Source of the DNA: a virus
Taxonomy: Duplodnaviria > Caudoviricetes
IMG/VR virus record: IMGVR_UViG_3300043468_001158
Strand: one strand, 5' to 3'
Length of the DNA: 64,000 nucleotides
This document shows positions 47,346 through 57,688 of this stretch, one piece after another (positions within the stretch are counted from its first letter, which is position 1; each line of letters opens with the position of its first letter). The notes beneath the pieces are model-generated. The model ran no database searches, was not told the DNA's origin, and was given only the letters and a program-made list of their open reading frames with translations. A program made the position numbers and the translations under genes.

Positions 47346-47990
47346 TTAGTTTGGATTAGTGTTTAGCGTTAGTGTATTTACGGTTTCTGGTGGCTTTTCT
47401 AATAGATTAGCCAATTGTCTTTCACCAGTCAATAAAAAGTTTTCTTCAAATCCACGAATGTTTTGAATATCCTGATGCATATTCATCAAGCTTTCACGAG
47501 CCCCATCTGCACCAGCTAATTGACGTTGTAGTCGTTGTTCAAAATGAATACTTTCTTCGTTTTCAAACTCTTCACGTGAATACTTAGGAAGAGCTTTGAA
47601 GTGTTCATATAATTGATTAAGTTCAACAACTGCATCATTGATAAGTTTGTTACTATAAGTTAAACCCTCCGTCTTCTGTTGAATTTCTAACTCAGCTCTT
47701 CTTCTATCAAACTTATTCGTTTCTGGATTTGCAATCTTTTCTTGAAGTTCTTCAATATCAATGTCCATTCGAAGACGGGAATACTTTGCTTCACGTAAAG
47801 CTTCAAGTTTGGACATCATTCTTAAACCTATTGAACGATAAGCTCTTGCTGGAGTTATTGAACCTCCAATCACAAAATTTTCCGTTTGAAATTGTGAGTT
47901 TTCAAACGGAATATTGTAAAAAGCTTCATTTAGCTCAGCAATAATATCATTGACATTTTCAGTATTGATCGTTGTTGTTATAGAGTTCAT
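47346..47990 (-). CDS. coiled-coil protein paired with the propeller protein
   Basis: Start ATG 47990 follows the late promoter at 48019-48026; the track's upstream extension overlaps the next gene. Confidence 0.7.
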   Translation of the reverse strand: MNSITTTINTENVNDIIAELNEAFYNIPFENSQFQTENFVIGGSITPARAYRSIGLRMMSKLEALREAKYSRLRMDIDIEELQEKIANPETNKFDRRRAELEIQQKTEGLTYSNKLINDAVVELNQLYEHFKALPKYSREEFENEESIHFEQRLQRQLAGADGARESLMNMHQDIQNIRGFEENFLLTGERQLANLLEKPPETVNTLTLNTNPN

Positions 47991-48021
47991 ATTATGTTTA
48001 TTAAGATTGTTAAAATTATAT

Positions 48022-50817
48022 TTATATAGCAGAAAGTGCTGCCGCTCTTGATTTAGGCACAGATAAAACTGCATCTCTAACTAAACATGTATTTGTTGAA
48101 TACAATAATTTATCAATCATTTTATATGAAACGGTATTTCCGAAATTAGAGCCACCTGCAATGTATCCTGATATTTCAGTTCCAAATCCTCGTCCAGCTT
48201 GTCTTGCTTGAGACATAGCAGCAATAGAAGTTCCATTCCAAGTATCAGTTGAAAATGTAAATTCATAAATCGCAGTAGTTGTTGAAGCTGAAGTTGTTCC
48301 GCCATAATAATATCCCTTCGTTGAGGAATTTGTTGCCCCAGCATTAGCTCGTGAAGTTGGGACAATGTTTCCTAATGAAGTTATTGTAGTATCTGTGCCA
48401 AATAACATTTTATCAGTTCTATTGAAATATGATGGAGTTGTATTCATTCCGCCATTCCAATATCCAGCACTTGACGAATTAAATGCTGCAACGGCATATC
48501 TTCCGGCTGATAAAGTGGCAGCTGTAGCATAATAGGCTTCTGTTGCAAATGTCCAACCGTCACATTTTGTATATGATGTTGTAGAAGCAGCATTACGACC
48601 ACCAGCCCAATAACCTTTTGATGCACTATTAACACCATCAAGATTTGCTCTCGCACCATCTGCTAAAACTTGAGCCGTATCAGAATATGCTTTAGATGAA
48701 TAAGAAAATTTGAAGATTTTGTTAGTAGTTGTGGTGCCGGCTACTAAGTCACCACCAGCAAAATAACCAGTAGTTACTGATGAAACTGCGCCTTGACATC
48801 TACTTGCTGGTGATATTGATGTTGATGATAAATAACATGCTTCAGATGAAAAATCATATACTTCAATACCACTTTGCATTACATTAGTATCATCCTTATA
48901 TCCTCCAAACAAATACCCACTTAAGTTATAGTTATTGAATAATGTAGCAGCTCCTACGGATGCTAAATCAGTTGTGGTAAAAGATAATGATAATGAAGTT
49001 GCTGACATTGCGCTTGAACTAAAATTTATAGCTTCAGTGCTGCTAAATCTAGTAGTTCCATTATAGCCACCAGAAATGTACCCATTTGTTAGGGATGAAC
49101 TTCCAGCAGCATCATATCGAGCAGTAGCTAATACTGAGCCATAAGTTCCAGTTGTCAATGATGAAGTTGATGTAGATAAGTGTGTAAATCCATTAACAGT
49201 TGTCACTGCTGAAGATGTCCAACCACCACAATAGAATGCAATAGAATATGAAGTCGACCCAACAGCTGTAGCACTATACCGTGATGTAGCAAAAGTTGCA
49301 GTTGCAGTAGTTGAAGTTTCACTTCCTAAATGGGTTCCTGATATGATAGATGATGTAGACCCGCCAACAGTTGAACCACCCATCATCCAACCATATGTAC
49401 TATTTGGCGCAGAAAAACCTGTCCCATAATAAAGCGGTGAAGGTATTGCATTACTAACTGCAACTCGAGATTCGGTATCAAACACAAAACCTTCAATTAA
49501 CCCAGTTACTGAAACACCTTGCCAACCTCCACATGAATATCCACGTGCATAACTTTGAAATGTAGACATAGCATATCGTGCAGTTGATAATGTCATCGAC
49601 GTTGTTTTTTGAACTTCGGTGCTATAATGAATACCATCAATTAGCGTCCGTGCAGTGCCATTAGTTCCTCCCAGAAAGTATCCAATTCTTGCTGATGAAA
49701 TACCACGAAGCGCGGTTCGTGCAAGTGAAAGATTAGAACCTGCAAAACGAGTAGAACCTAATGTTGCATAATCAATACATTCTATAAGCGTTGAGTATAC
49801 ACCAGATGAAGTATTTCCACCAGCAACATATGAACGACCTGTCATATTATGGAATACTCGGGTCCAAACACCAGCACCCATTGATTGACCAATACTTAGT
49901 GTGCTTGAAACATTTGTGGTTGCATGTGATAAGAATCCAATCTTTTTGATAGAAGATAAGATACTTGCTGCAGTATTTTCTCCACCTAACAAATAACCTG
50001 CTTGTGTAGAATTGACCCCTTGAGCATAAGTTGTTGCACTAGTAAAAACAGCAGAAACCGAAAAAGTTGTAGTTGATATGATATTGAAACCAGAAACATT
50101 CGTTTGACCACCTGATGAAGCCGCAGTACTTGAACCACTGGCACAAAAACCAACTGTTGTATTGTCTAATCCTGCTGCAGCCGTTCTAGCACTTCCTAAA
50201 ACTGCTGAAGGATTTAGTGATGTTATCGTACTAAATGTCAATCCATCAATTTCAGTTGAGACTGAACCTGAAACTCCGCCAATACCAAATCCTGTATCTG
50301 TTCCAGAAACCCCTGCAGGATATCCTCGAGCAACAGCTGCTCTAGTAGCATATACCCCAGATGAATAGGTTGAATAGTTTACGCTAGTAGTTGATTGAGA
50401 TTCGGTACCAATTGAACCGCCATTTGTTCCATAATATCCACTCCATAAAAAACCTGATGTCGGTCCATTCAAAGAGCCTGCATTGGTAATAGCTGAACCA
50501 AGAACTGCAGTTATTGCTAACATTGATTCTGTAGTGAAATTGATACCATCGATATCATTTACTCTTGTACCGGTATCAGAGTTATACCCCCCGCAAATTA
50601 GTCCAACAGTAGGACTTGATAATCCAGTACATTGTCTTCTTATGTTTGTGATAAACAATGCAGGAGTAAAAGTCGTTTCTGTTGCGTAATCAATAGCAGT
50701 AAACACATTCGTACTTGCTGCTGCCGGAGTTTTACCACCTACTGAATAACCAACACCTTGAAGTAAGCTAGGGTCAACTGTCGTAATATCAATATTTACT
50801 TTATAGAAGAAAGCCAT
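48022..50817 (-). CDS. Kelch-like multi-blade beta-propeller protein
   Basis: Many ~45-aa repeats GY..GG........I....F.T....L...R. Confidence 0.8.
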   Translation of the reverse strand: MAFFYKVNIDITTVDPSLLQGVGYSVGGKTPAAASTNVFTAIDYATETTFTPALFITNIRRQCTGLSSPTVGLICGGYNSDTGTRVNDIDGINFTTESMLAITAVLGSAITNAGSLNGPTSGFLWSGYYGTNGGSIGTESQSTTSVNYSTYSSGVYATRAAVARGYPAGVSGTDTGFGIGGVSGSVSTEIDGLTFSTITSLNPSAVLGSARTAAAGLDNTTVGFCASGSSTAASSGGQTNVSGFNIISTTTFSVSAVFTSATTYAQGVNSTQAGYLLGGENTAASILSSIKKIGFLSHATTNVSSTLSIGQSMGAGVWTRVFHNMTGRSYVAGGNTSSGVYSTLIECIDYATLGSTRFAGSNLSLARTALRGISSARIGYFLGGTNGTARTLIDGIHYSTEVQKTTSMTLSTARYAMSTFQSYARGYSCGGWQGVSVTGLIEGFVFDTESRVAVSNAIPSPLYYGTGFSAPNSTYGWMMGGSTVGGSTSSIISGTHLGSETSTTATATFATSRYSATAVGSTSYSIAFYCGGWTSSAVTTVNGFTHLSTSTSSLTTGTYGSVLATARYDAAGSSSLTNGYISGGYNGTTRFSSTEAINFSSSAMSATSLSLSFTTTDLASVGAATLFNNYNLSGYLFGGYKDDTNVMQSGIEVYDFSSEACYLSSTSISPASRCQGAVSSVTTGYFAGGDLVAGTTTTNKIFKFSYSSKAYSDTAQVLADGARANLDGVNSASKGYWAGGRNAASTTSYTKCDGWTFATEAYYATAATLSAGRYAVAAFNSSSAGYWNGGMNTTPSYFNRTDKMLFGTDTTITSLGNIVPTSRANAGATNSSTKGYYYGGTTSASTTTAIYEFTFSTDTWNGTSIAAMSQARQAGRGFGTEISGYIAGGSNFGNTVSYKMIDKLLYSTNTCLVRDAVLSVPKSRAAALSAI

Positions 50818-50833
50818 GATTCATTCTCCTATA

Positions 50834-51496
50834 TTAAGCAACCCAAAGAGTATCAAAATCAATAGCTCGTAATTGTGCAAGAGTAGTTGAATTGTTGATA
50901 GCTTCCGCAATAGATTTCTCTTTATTGAAACAAGATTGAACATGAGTAATCACAGCAGAAGCAAGAGCACTAATTGCAGATGCATCTAATGATACCCATG
51001 AACCATCACTTGCTTTCCAATTGATAGTAATTGACGGATTGATAAGTGATGCAGTATAAGCTCCATTCAAAGTTGCTTGGGATTCTCTGTCAGTTTTGAT
51101 AGCGCTTCCATTGACATCAATACTGGCTACTTCTTTGTCATAACGATAGTTTGCTAATTGATTGAGCATTTGAACTTTACCTTCAGTTAGAATACTTGCT
51201 ACTTGTTGAGCAACAGTAGTAGTGACTCCATTTTCAGTGCTATCAGATAAAGTATCTTCGATAGGGGTGGTGACATAGGTTTGTTTCCATACTCCATTGT
51301 CAAGCGCTGGGGCTTGACGAACGGATTCTGTAAAACGTGGAGCATCATAAGGAAAAGCCGCTATTTCTAGCGGTTCAAATCCAATTGAGCTAAGGTGTGC
51401 AATATCAATGATTTGTGGAAAACAAATGTGTTCAAAGCGACGTTTGATTTCTTCGTATGATACTGGTTGTAATGTTGCGACTTCTAAAAATTGCAT
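50834..51496 (-). CDS. DUF4376-like tail-fibre assembly protein
   Basis: LANYRYDKEV..I.V.G..IKTDRESQA.L...WKA.DGSWV.LDA...V.SCF..E. Confidence 0.75.
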   Translation of the reverse strand: MQFLEVATLQPVSYEEIKRRFEHICFPQIIDIAHLSSIGFEPLEIAAFPYDAPRFTESVRQAPALDNGVWKQTYVTTPIEDTLSDSTENGVTTTVAQQVASILTEGKVQMLNQLANYRYDKEVASIDVNGSAIKTDRESQATLNGAYTASLINPSITINWKASDGSWVSLDASAISALASAVITHVQSCFNKEKSIAEAINNSTTLAQLRAIDFDTLWVA

Positions 51497-51541
51497 AATG
51501 GTTTATCTCCGAGTGAATGTTAGTATATGATGTATTTAGTA

Positions 51542-54500
51542 TTAGCGACTATCTTTAGATACCATTACACCTCTCCAAGTAGTACCACCGTCTCTTGTAT
51601 AGAATGTTAGAATGTCAGTACCTGATGCAGTAAGAGTTGGAGCAGCACCACTTGACCATTTAGTACCAGATGGCCATGTAACTGTATAAGCACCACCATT
51701 AGTTAGTTCAAGTGTGAATGATGCCGCATTACCTGATGCTGGAGCACCAGAAAATGTATAAGTAGTTGCACCGTTCAATGTCATAGAAACCATTGAGCCA
51801 TTTAGAACATTGATATTTTGAGCACCTGATACTGCTCCGTAGTTGTTAGCAACTTCAACATAGCTATGAGCCAGGAATGACTTATTGTTATAAGTTCTAA
51901 CATAAGCAGAATCAGACATGTAGATACCACCGCCATATGATTCATTATACCAGCCTTGAGCACCAGAACTTCTAAACCAACCACCAGTGTATATTTGTCC
52001 ATTTGCTGTGAAATTGCCAGTAACTGTACCTCCGCCAATTGGCAAAGCATAAGACCCAACATTTACACTATCAACAATAACTTTCCATGCTCCCCATGAA
52101 TTAGATGATAATTCACGAAGATAAAAGTTATCATCCCAGTATCCTTTAGACATTTGCCATCCATATCTATCACCTGCATAATGACCCATTGCAGTCATCC
52201 ATGTAATATGTGAAGCAACAGGAGCATTTGCTGGAGGACCATTATACAAGTAAAAACCACTTTTTTGCGTTGTGACATTATTCATATCTGAGATAGTATC
52301 AGTAGCTGCAGCGCCATTCGTTCCAGAACAAATATTAGCTAAGGAAATTCCGCCTACAGCGCTTGAATCATCAGCGACACGAGCACTATCTACACGAACA
52401 CCATAAGTTTGAGAACCATTCCATCCCATCAATGTAGGGAAAGAAGCTGTCCAAGCTTGTGTAGAATTTGTGCTATTGACTGCAGTTCCATCTGGCGAAG
52501 TACCGGCAGAAGCATCAAAGATTGAATGACCATTACCATAGTTCTTCCATGCCAACTGTCCAACTACTGCAGAAATAGTACCATTTGTGCTCCAAGTAGA
52601 ACGAGTAGTAGATAAATTTACTGCGGTTCCTAAAATATTAAACCACATTGGCATTGATGATATACAATTAGACCCATCAAATCCAAAATACTTAGTACCA
52701 GTATTACCAAAGTAAATGTAACCTGTTGTTGGAGTAGCAGCTCGTGACGAAGTAATGTCGCTGCTTGATAAGGTTCCGCCAATCCAAACTGCTCCACCTT
52801 CATTAATACGCATTCTTTCTAAATTATTTGTCATAAAGACTATTGGAGTATTTGTTCCTGTTCTTAGTTCAGATTGGGCTCCATTTGAAGTCAAGGCAAT
52901 AGTAGAAGAACCATTCGCTACCGTCAATCCAGTATAAGAACCATCAGTACTTGTTATTGCGATAGAAGAACCACTATTGTCAATATCTTGAACAGTTAAA
53001 AACCCACGAATAGTTCCAGAACCATAAACATCAAGTTTTGAATATGCAGTAGAACCACCAATTGCAACATTACCAGCATTGTCAATACGCATTCTTTCTG
53101 TGCCAGCAACATTGAATGTAAAATTAGGAGTGCTAGAACCACTTGCGTTTAAGGTTACTATCCCATTAGTTTCATCAAATATTTGTTCTAAATATGGATT
53201 TTTCGTTTGACCTAAAATACCTGTACGTTGGAGAACATTAGAACCAGTAGCATTTTTTCTTACCTCTAATGAAACTGTAGGAGCTGATATTCCAATACCT
53301 ACGTTGCCTTGAGAAAGTCTCATTCGTTGAACGCCTTCAGTAGCAAACGAAATGTCTCCATTATTTGTATGAATAGATAATCCATTTGTATTGATTGCTT
53401 CGAGAGCACAACCATTGGCGTTGTTCATACCAGAGTTATAGGTCATGGTTCCGGCAGTTGTTTTTCCGTAATAAGTTATATTGACAGAAGACCATGAAGA
53501 AGCATAAAAATCATGAGCACCTGCAAGAAGTGTTGCCGCATCAGTTGTGTGTTGTGATTGAGCACAAATATTACTATTGACTACAAAATTATGTAAAGAT
53601 GGATTTGTAGCTCCATTGACACCGACATTGACACGTCCAGTATAACTAATACGCATTCTTTCTGTTGGAGCCGCAGCGTTAGATGTATGGAAAGTCAAAT
53701 CAATTTGATTGCTACCATTATTGATTGCTCGAATTTGAGCATCACGTACTGACACCCCATTATTGCCAGGGTCCAAGCTAAGCGCGACTGCAGAATTTGC
53801 AGTCGCAGAAGTATTGACAAAACGAGCAACTCCAATAGCCGCTCCAGCTGATGTGCCAAAAGCTTGTAATGTTCCTTGTGACGCTGTAGCAGTTCCACCG
53901 ATACCAACGTTACCAGTAGTGTTTAACGTTGCAAGTGATAACAACCCACTTGATGGATTGTATGTAAGACCTGAGTCTGTCGCTAATGTAACACCCGTAC
54001 CTTGTGAAGTTGCAAACGTTGGAAAGTAAGATGCATTGGTTTGATTATCAGATGCAGACACTGAACCACCTGCAACTGTTGTCCATGATGGTGCAGCAGA
54101 AGGACCACCTGATGTTAGTACCTGACCGGCAGTACCATAGTTAGCTCCGCCAATACCCCATTGTCCAGAAGCACCTATACGAAAACGTTCTGTTGCGTTA
54201 GTATGGAAAGATAATGGGAATGATTGATAGTTACCAAAATTTACGGTGGTTCCATTACTGCTTAATAAAACGTCCGTTTCAAAGGTTGCACCATCATACA
54301 TTGACCATTTTTGAGCATATGAATTTATTGCTCTATCATTCGACATAGCAAGTTTTGCACCAAGGCCAGTAGGATTAACTCCAATACCAACATTACCAGC
54401 AGTATCAATACGCAAACGTTCTGCGCCACTTGTTTGAAAAACAATAGGAAGAAATGAACCAGTACCAATTTTATCAGCCCAAATGTTTGCTTGTATTGAT

Positions 54501-54760
54501 GTAATATTGATACCAGCTCTAGCACTATTAAACATATCTGAAGAACCATAAACTACAAACTGAGATGATGTAGCAGTTCCATTTGGAATAGCAGATATAG
54601 TAGTATTAGTATTAGCAGTACTAGTTTGAAATGCAACGCGATTAGAATGTGTTGCATTATCAAAATCACCTTGAATACGAGCTCCTGTAGAATCAAATAT
54701 CAGATTAGCTCCGACATTGACTCCGTTTTTTACTTTGAAATTTGAATTGTTGATTGCCAT
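51542..54760 (-). CDS. long tail fibre (distal-type)
   Basis: Repeated ERMRI...GNVGIG units, GWFRS.G..GWY motif, C-terminal TWP..TKWSSG.APTLT..GTDIL.FYT. Confidence 0.85.
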   Translation of the reverse strand: MAINNSNFKVKNGVNVGANLIFDSTGARIQGDFDNATHSNRVAFQTSTANTNTTISAIPNGTATSSQFVVYGSSDMFNSARAGINITSIQANIWADKIGTGSFLPIVFQTSGAERLRIDTAGNVGIGVNPTGLGAKLAMSNDRAINSYAQKWSMYDGATFETDVLLSSNGTTVNFGNYQSFPLSFHTNATERFRIGASGQWGIGGANYGTAGQVLTSGGPSAAPSWTTVAGGSVSASDNQTNASYFPTFATSQGTGVTLATDSGLTYNPSSGLLSLATLNTTGNVGIGGTATASQGTLQAFGTSAGAAIGVARFVNTSATANSAVALSLDPGNNGVSVRDAQIRAINNGSNQIDLTFHTSNAAAPTERMRISYTGRVNVGVNGATNPSLHNFVVNSNICAQSQHTTDAATLLAGAHDFYASSWSSVNITYYGKTTAGTMTYNSGMNNANGCALEAINTNGLSIHTNNGDISFATEGVQRMRLSQGNVGIGISAPTVSLEVRKNATGSNVLQRTGILGQTKNPYLEQIFDETNGIVTLNASGSSTPNFTFNVAGTERMRIDNAGNVAIGGSTAYSKLDVYGSGTIRGFLTVQDIDNSGSSIAITSTDGSYTGLTVANGSSTIALTSNGAQSELRTGTNTPIVFMTNNLERMRINEGGAVWIGGTLSSSDITSSRAATPTTGYIYFGNTGTKYFGFDGSNCISSMPMWFNILGTAVNLSTTRSTWSTNGTISAVVGQLAWKNYGNGHSIFDASAGTSPDGTAVNSTNSTQAWTASFPTLMGWNGSQTYGVRVDSARVADDSSAVGGISLANICSGTNGAAATDTISDMNNVTTQKSGFYLYNGPPANAPVASHITWMTAMGHYAGDRYGWQMSKGYWDDNFYLRELSSNSWGAWKVIVDSVNVGSYALPIGGGTVTGNFTANGQIYTGGWFRSSGAQGWYNESYGGGIYMSDSAYVRTYNNKSFLAHSYVEVANNYGAVSGAQNINVLNGSMVSMTLNGATTYTFSGAPASGNAASFTLELTNGGAYTVTWPSGTKWSSGAAPTLTASGTDILTFYTRDGGTTWRGVMVSKDSR

Positions 54761-54774
54761 GTTTGTGTTGCTCC

Positions 54775-57612
54775 TTATTTAGATTCTAATACTTTGATAC
54801 GAGCTTCAAGTTCTTTGATAGCTTCAAGTAATACTGGAATGAGTTTGTCATATGCTACAGTTCTATAACTTTCACCTTCAATTTCAGTTGAAGTCATTAC
54901 TATTTCTGGCATGACTGCTTGAACTTGGTCGGCTAAAATACCATAATCTTTCTTACCAGCTTTGCCTTTTGTATGCTCAATTCCTTCTTTCCATGTAAAG
55001 GTTCCACCATCAATTGCATTGACAATATCAAGAGGGTTTTGAATGACTTGGAAGTTCTCTTTTAGACGAGGGTCAGAATATGCAGTAACGTTGCCAGCTG
55101 CAGTAATATCGCCCATACAATAAAAGTTGCTAGTTCCGTAATCTACACGATTTGCCCAACCACCAACGCTATTTAGCATACCAATACCAGCACCGTCTGC
55201 ATAGAAATATCCACGAGTTGTTCCGGCTGGTGCCATTTGAATTGAACCGGACATTGTACCGCCAGTCAAAGGCAATGCATAAGAGCTAAAGTTGCTTGAA
55301 TGCAAGAACCTTACCCAAGAACCCCATGTGCCATTTTGAACATTACGTGAATAAAGCTCAGTAGCATTATCTTCCCAACCCCATGCATTTTGTCTTCCCC
55401 AATAACCACCAGCATTAGAATGACGCATGTTTTCGATAAACCACCAAGTACCTGTTGGGCCACCAACAGATGATTCAGTCCATGAACGACGTGCTGCAGT
55501 TGTTTCAGTAAAGTAAGTATTCCAGTTGCCAGTTGTTCCAAAATTCATTCCCTGATATGTAGCAACTGTAGAAGTTGCCGAGTTTCCTGAACAAGACGAT
55601 GATGTACCTGAAGTAGTAGCGTAGCTGACACTAAAATTTGATGGATTATAGACGTAGATGTTAGAACCATCATTACTTCCCCATAACCATGAAGGTTGTC
55701 CTCCTTGACCTGACCAATTGAATGTCATTGCTGTTCCATTGCCACCACTTTGAGATAAAGTAGAAGCTTTAGTTGCAAGAGTCGCAGTTGCAGCATTTCC
55801 TGTACAAGAAGCTGAACTTCCTAAAATATTGAAATACATTGGCATTGATGTTACAAAGTTAGAACCATCAAAACCGCAATACTTAGTACCAGTATTACCA
55901 AAGTAAATGTAACCTGTAGTTGCAGCAGCAGAACGATAAGCAGTAATGTCACCGGTTGTTAATGAACCAGCAGCAACAAGATTGTTACCGTTCAGTTCTA
56001 CATAATTAGTTCCATTGCTAAAGATACGAATAATACCATTACTATCAAGTGCTTGAATACCGCATCTAAAAGTACCACCTGACGTACCTGAAAGTAACCA
56101 AGTAGCAGAAGCAGCGGTTCCCATCGTTGTATTGAATGCACCAGTTGTTTGGCCATTAGTTGTGCCCCAACCTGTAGAAAAACCTGATGCACGTACATTA
56201 TGAGGCGTATAGATACCGTTTGTATCAATGAGAGCTCTTTCTGTTCCCCATGCACCAGTATAAGCTCCAGTTCTAAAGCTTATTCCACCTGCATCAGTTA
56301 CCGCAATACCTGCATATGATGGAGTTCCACCATTATAGTTCTTGAATGTAAGAGCAGGGTCGTCAGTACCACCAGTCGTTTCCAGTTGAAGAACTGAACC
56401 GTATGTTGCATTACCAGGATGCTTCATTTGAATACTTGTGCCATCACCAATACGAATACGTTCGACTGAAGAAGTAGCAATTGAAATAGGACCAGTATTA
56501 GTATGAATTGAAATACCGGCCGAATTGATAGCTTCAATAGCACAAGCATTTGCATTGTTCATACTTGGATTGTACGTCATAGTACCAGCGGTGGTTTTAC
56601 CCATATATGACATATTGATACTTGACCAAGAACTATTGTAATAGTCATGAGCAACTGCTTGAATAGATGAACGAGCTGTTGTGCTTTGAGCTTGAGAAGA
56701 AATATAGCCTGTTGATACTAACAGAGCATTAGCATCAGGAGCAGTTGCAGCATTTACACCTACCGTTACTTGACCTGCAGCATTGATACTCATTCTTTCA
56801 ACACCACCACCGGAAACACCATCAGCTTTAGTGCCAAAGCTGATAACCGCACCTTTGTTATTGGCAGTTGAACCAGTTGTACCGGAAGAGATGTATGCAT
56901 TTCTGAGAGAACTTGATGAAGTATTACCTACATCATACCATTCAATGTTACCGTTGTTTCCTGAACCTGCGACCGAGTTTGCAAGTTGTAATGAACCTTG
57001 GTCACCAGAACCCATAATAGTCAAATAACGTCTATTGCTGGCTGGAGCTAATTGGGTAGAAGTTCCAATAAGAACATTACCGGTGAAGTAAGAACCCAAA
57101 GTTGAATGAATAGAAAGTGAATTCCCCCATGTTACTGCTGCCCCTGGAACACCAATTACTGAAGTTCCTAGAAATAATGAACCGTCAACTGCATCTGTAG
57201 CAATTGAAATAACTCCAGCCCCACCATTACTATCACTTACTCCTTTAGCATACAATGCACCAGTAGCACTTTGATAATGTCCAGAACGAATGTTGAAGTT
57301 TCCACCACCATCATTCCATGAAATACGTTTATGAGCACCATCATCTAATAGAATTGCACCACCACCTCCACTTAGCCATAATGCTCCATCAGTAAGAGAT
57401 TGAGTTGTTGTATTTGTCGATTTTATCATCAACGCAGTAGTATTACCATTGGTGACTACGGTGTCCAATGTTTGACTACCACCCGCATTAGCAAGTACAT
57501 ATGCACGAGTCGCTGCATCTGACGCATTAACTGGGTCAGCTACATTAGTGATGGTTTTTGAGTTGTTATCAAGGCCATTTTTGACCAAGAAGCGATTGTT
57601 GTTGATTGCCAT
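54775..57612 (-). CDS. long tail fibre with C-terminal intramolecular chaperone (peptidase S74-like)
   Basis: GDITAAGNVTAYSDPRLKENF...YGILADQVQAVMPEIV...VAYDKLIPVLLEAIKEL. Confidence 0.88.
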   Translation of the reverse strand: MAINNNRFLVKNGLDNNSKTITNVADPVNASDAATRAYVLANAGGSQTLDTVVTNGNTTALMIKSTNTTTQSLTDGALWLSGGGGAILLDDGAHKRISWNDGGGNFNIRSGHYQSATGALYAKGVSDSNGGAGVISIATDAVDGSLFLGTSVIGVPGAAVTWGNSLSIHSTLGSYFTGNVLIGTSTQLAPASNRRYLTIMGSGDQGSLQLANSVAGSGNNGNIEWYDVGNTSSSSLRNAYISSGTTGSTANNKGAVISFGTKADGVSGGGVERMSINAAGQVTVGVNAATAPDANALLVSTGYISSQAQSTTARSSIQAVAHDYYNSSWSSINMSYMGKTTAGTMTYNPSMNNANACAIEAINSAGISIHTNTGPISIATSSVERIRIGDGTSIQMKHPGNATYGSVLQLETTGGTDDPALTFKNYNGGTPSYAGIAVTDAGGISFRTGAYTGAWGTERALIDTNGIYTPHNVRASGFSTGWGTTNGQTTGAFNTTMGTAASATWLLSGTSGGTFRCGIQALDSNGIIRIFSNGTNYVELNGNNLVAAGSLTTGDITAYRSAAATTGYIYFGNTGTKYCGFDGSNFVTSMPMYFNILGSSASCTGNAATATLATKASTLSQSGGNGTAMTFNWSGQGGQPSWLWGSNDGSNIYVYNPSNFSVSYATTSGTSSSCSGNSATSTVATYQGMNFGTTGNWNTYFTETTAARRSWTESSVGGPTGTWWFIENMRHSNAGGYWGRQNAWGWEDNATELYSRNVQNGTWGSWVRFLHSSNFSSYALPLTGGTMSGSIQMAPAGTTRGYFYADGAGIGMLNSVGGWANRVDYGTSNFYCMGDITAAGNVTAYSDPRLKENFQVIQNPLDIVNAIDGGTFTWKEGIEHTKGKAGKKDYGILADQVQAVMPEIVMTSTEIEGESYRTVAYDKLIPVLLEAIKELEARIKVLESK

Positions 57613-57650
57613 AATTCCCTATCCTTATGAACTATTTTAGAAATAGTATA

Positions 57651-57678
57651 ATGGAGAGAGCTCTATGGCTCTCTCCAT
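57651..57678. terminator. 11-bp hairpin between fibre genes
   Basis: ATGGAGAGAGC / GCTCTCTCCAT. Confidence 0.5.
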
Positions 57679-57688
57679 GATTTGCTTA

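Noticed and set aside
47991-48074. Extension of the coiled-coil ORF to 48074
   Set aside because: It overlaps the propeller gene end and contains the late promoter; ATG 47990 is the better start.
52621-55917. Diversity-generating retroelement TR/VR pair between two fibre genes
   Set aside because: Mismatches around the 40-bp identical core are not adenine-specific on either strand, both copies are inside coding regions, and no reverse transcriptase is in the window.
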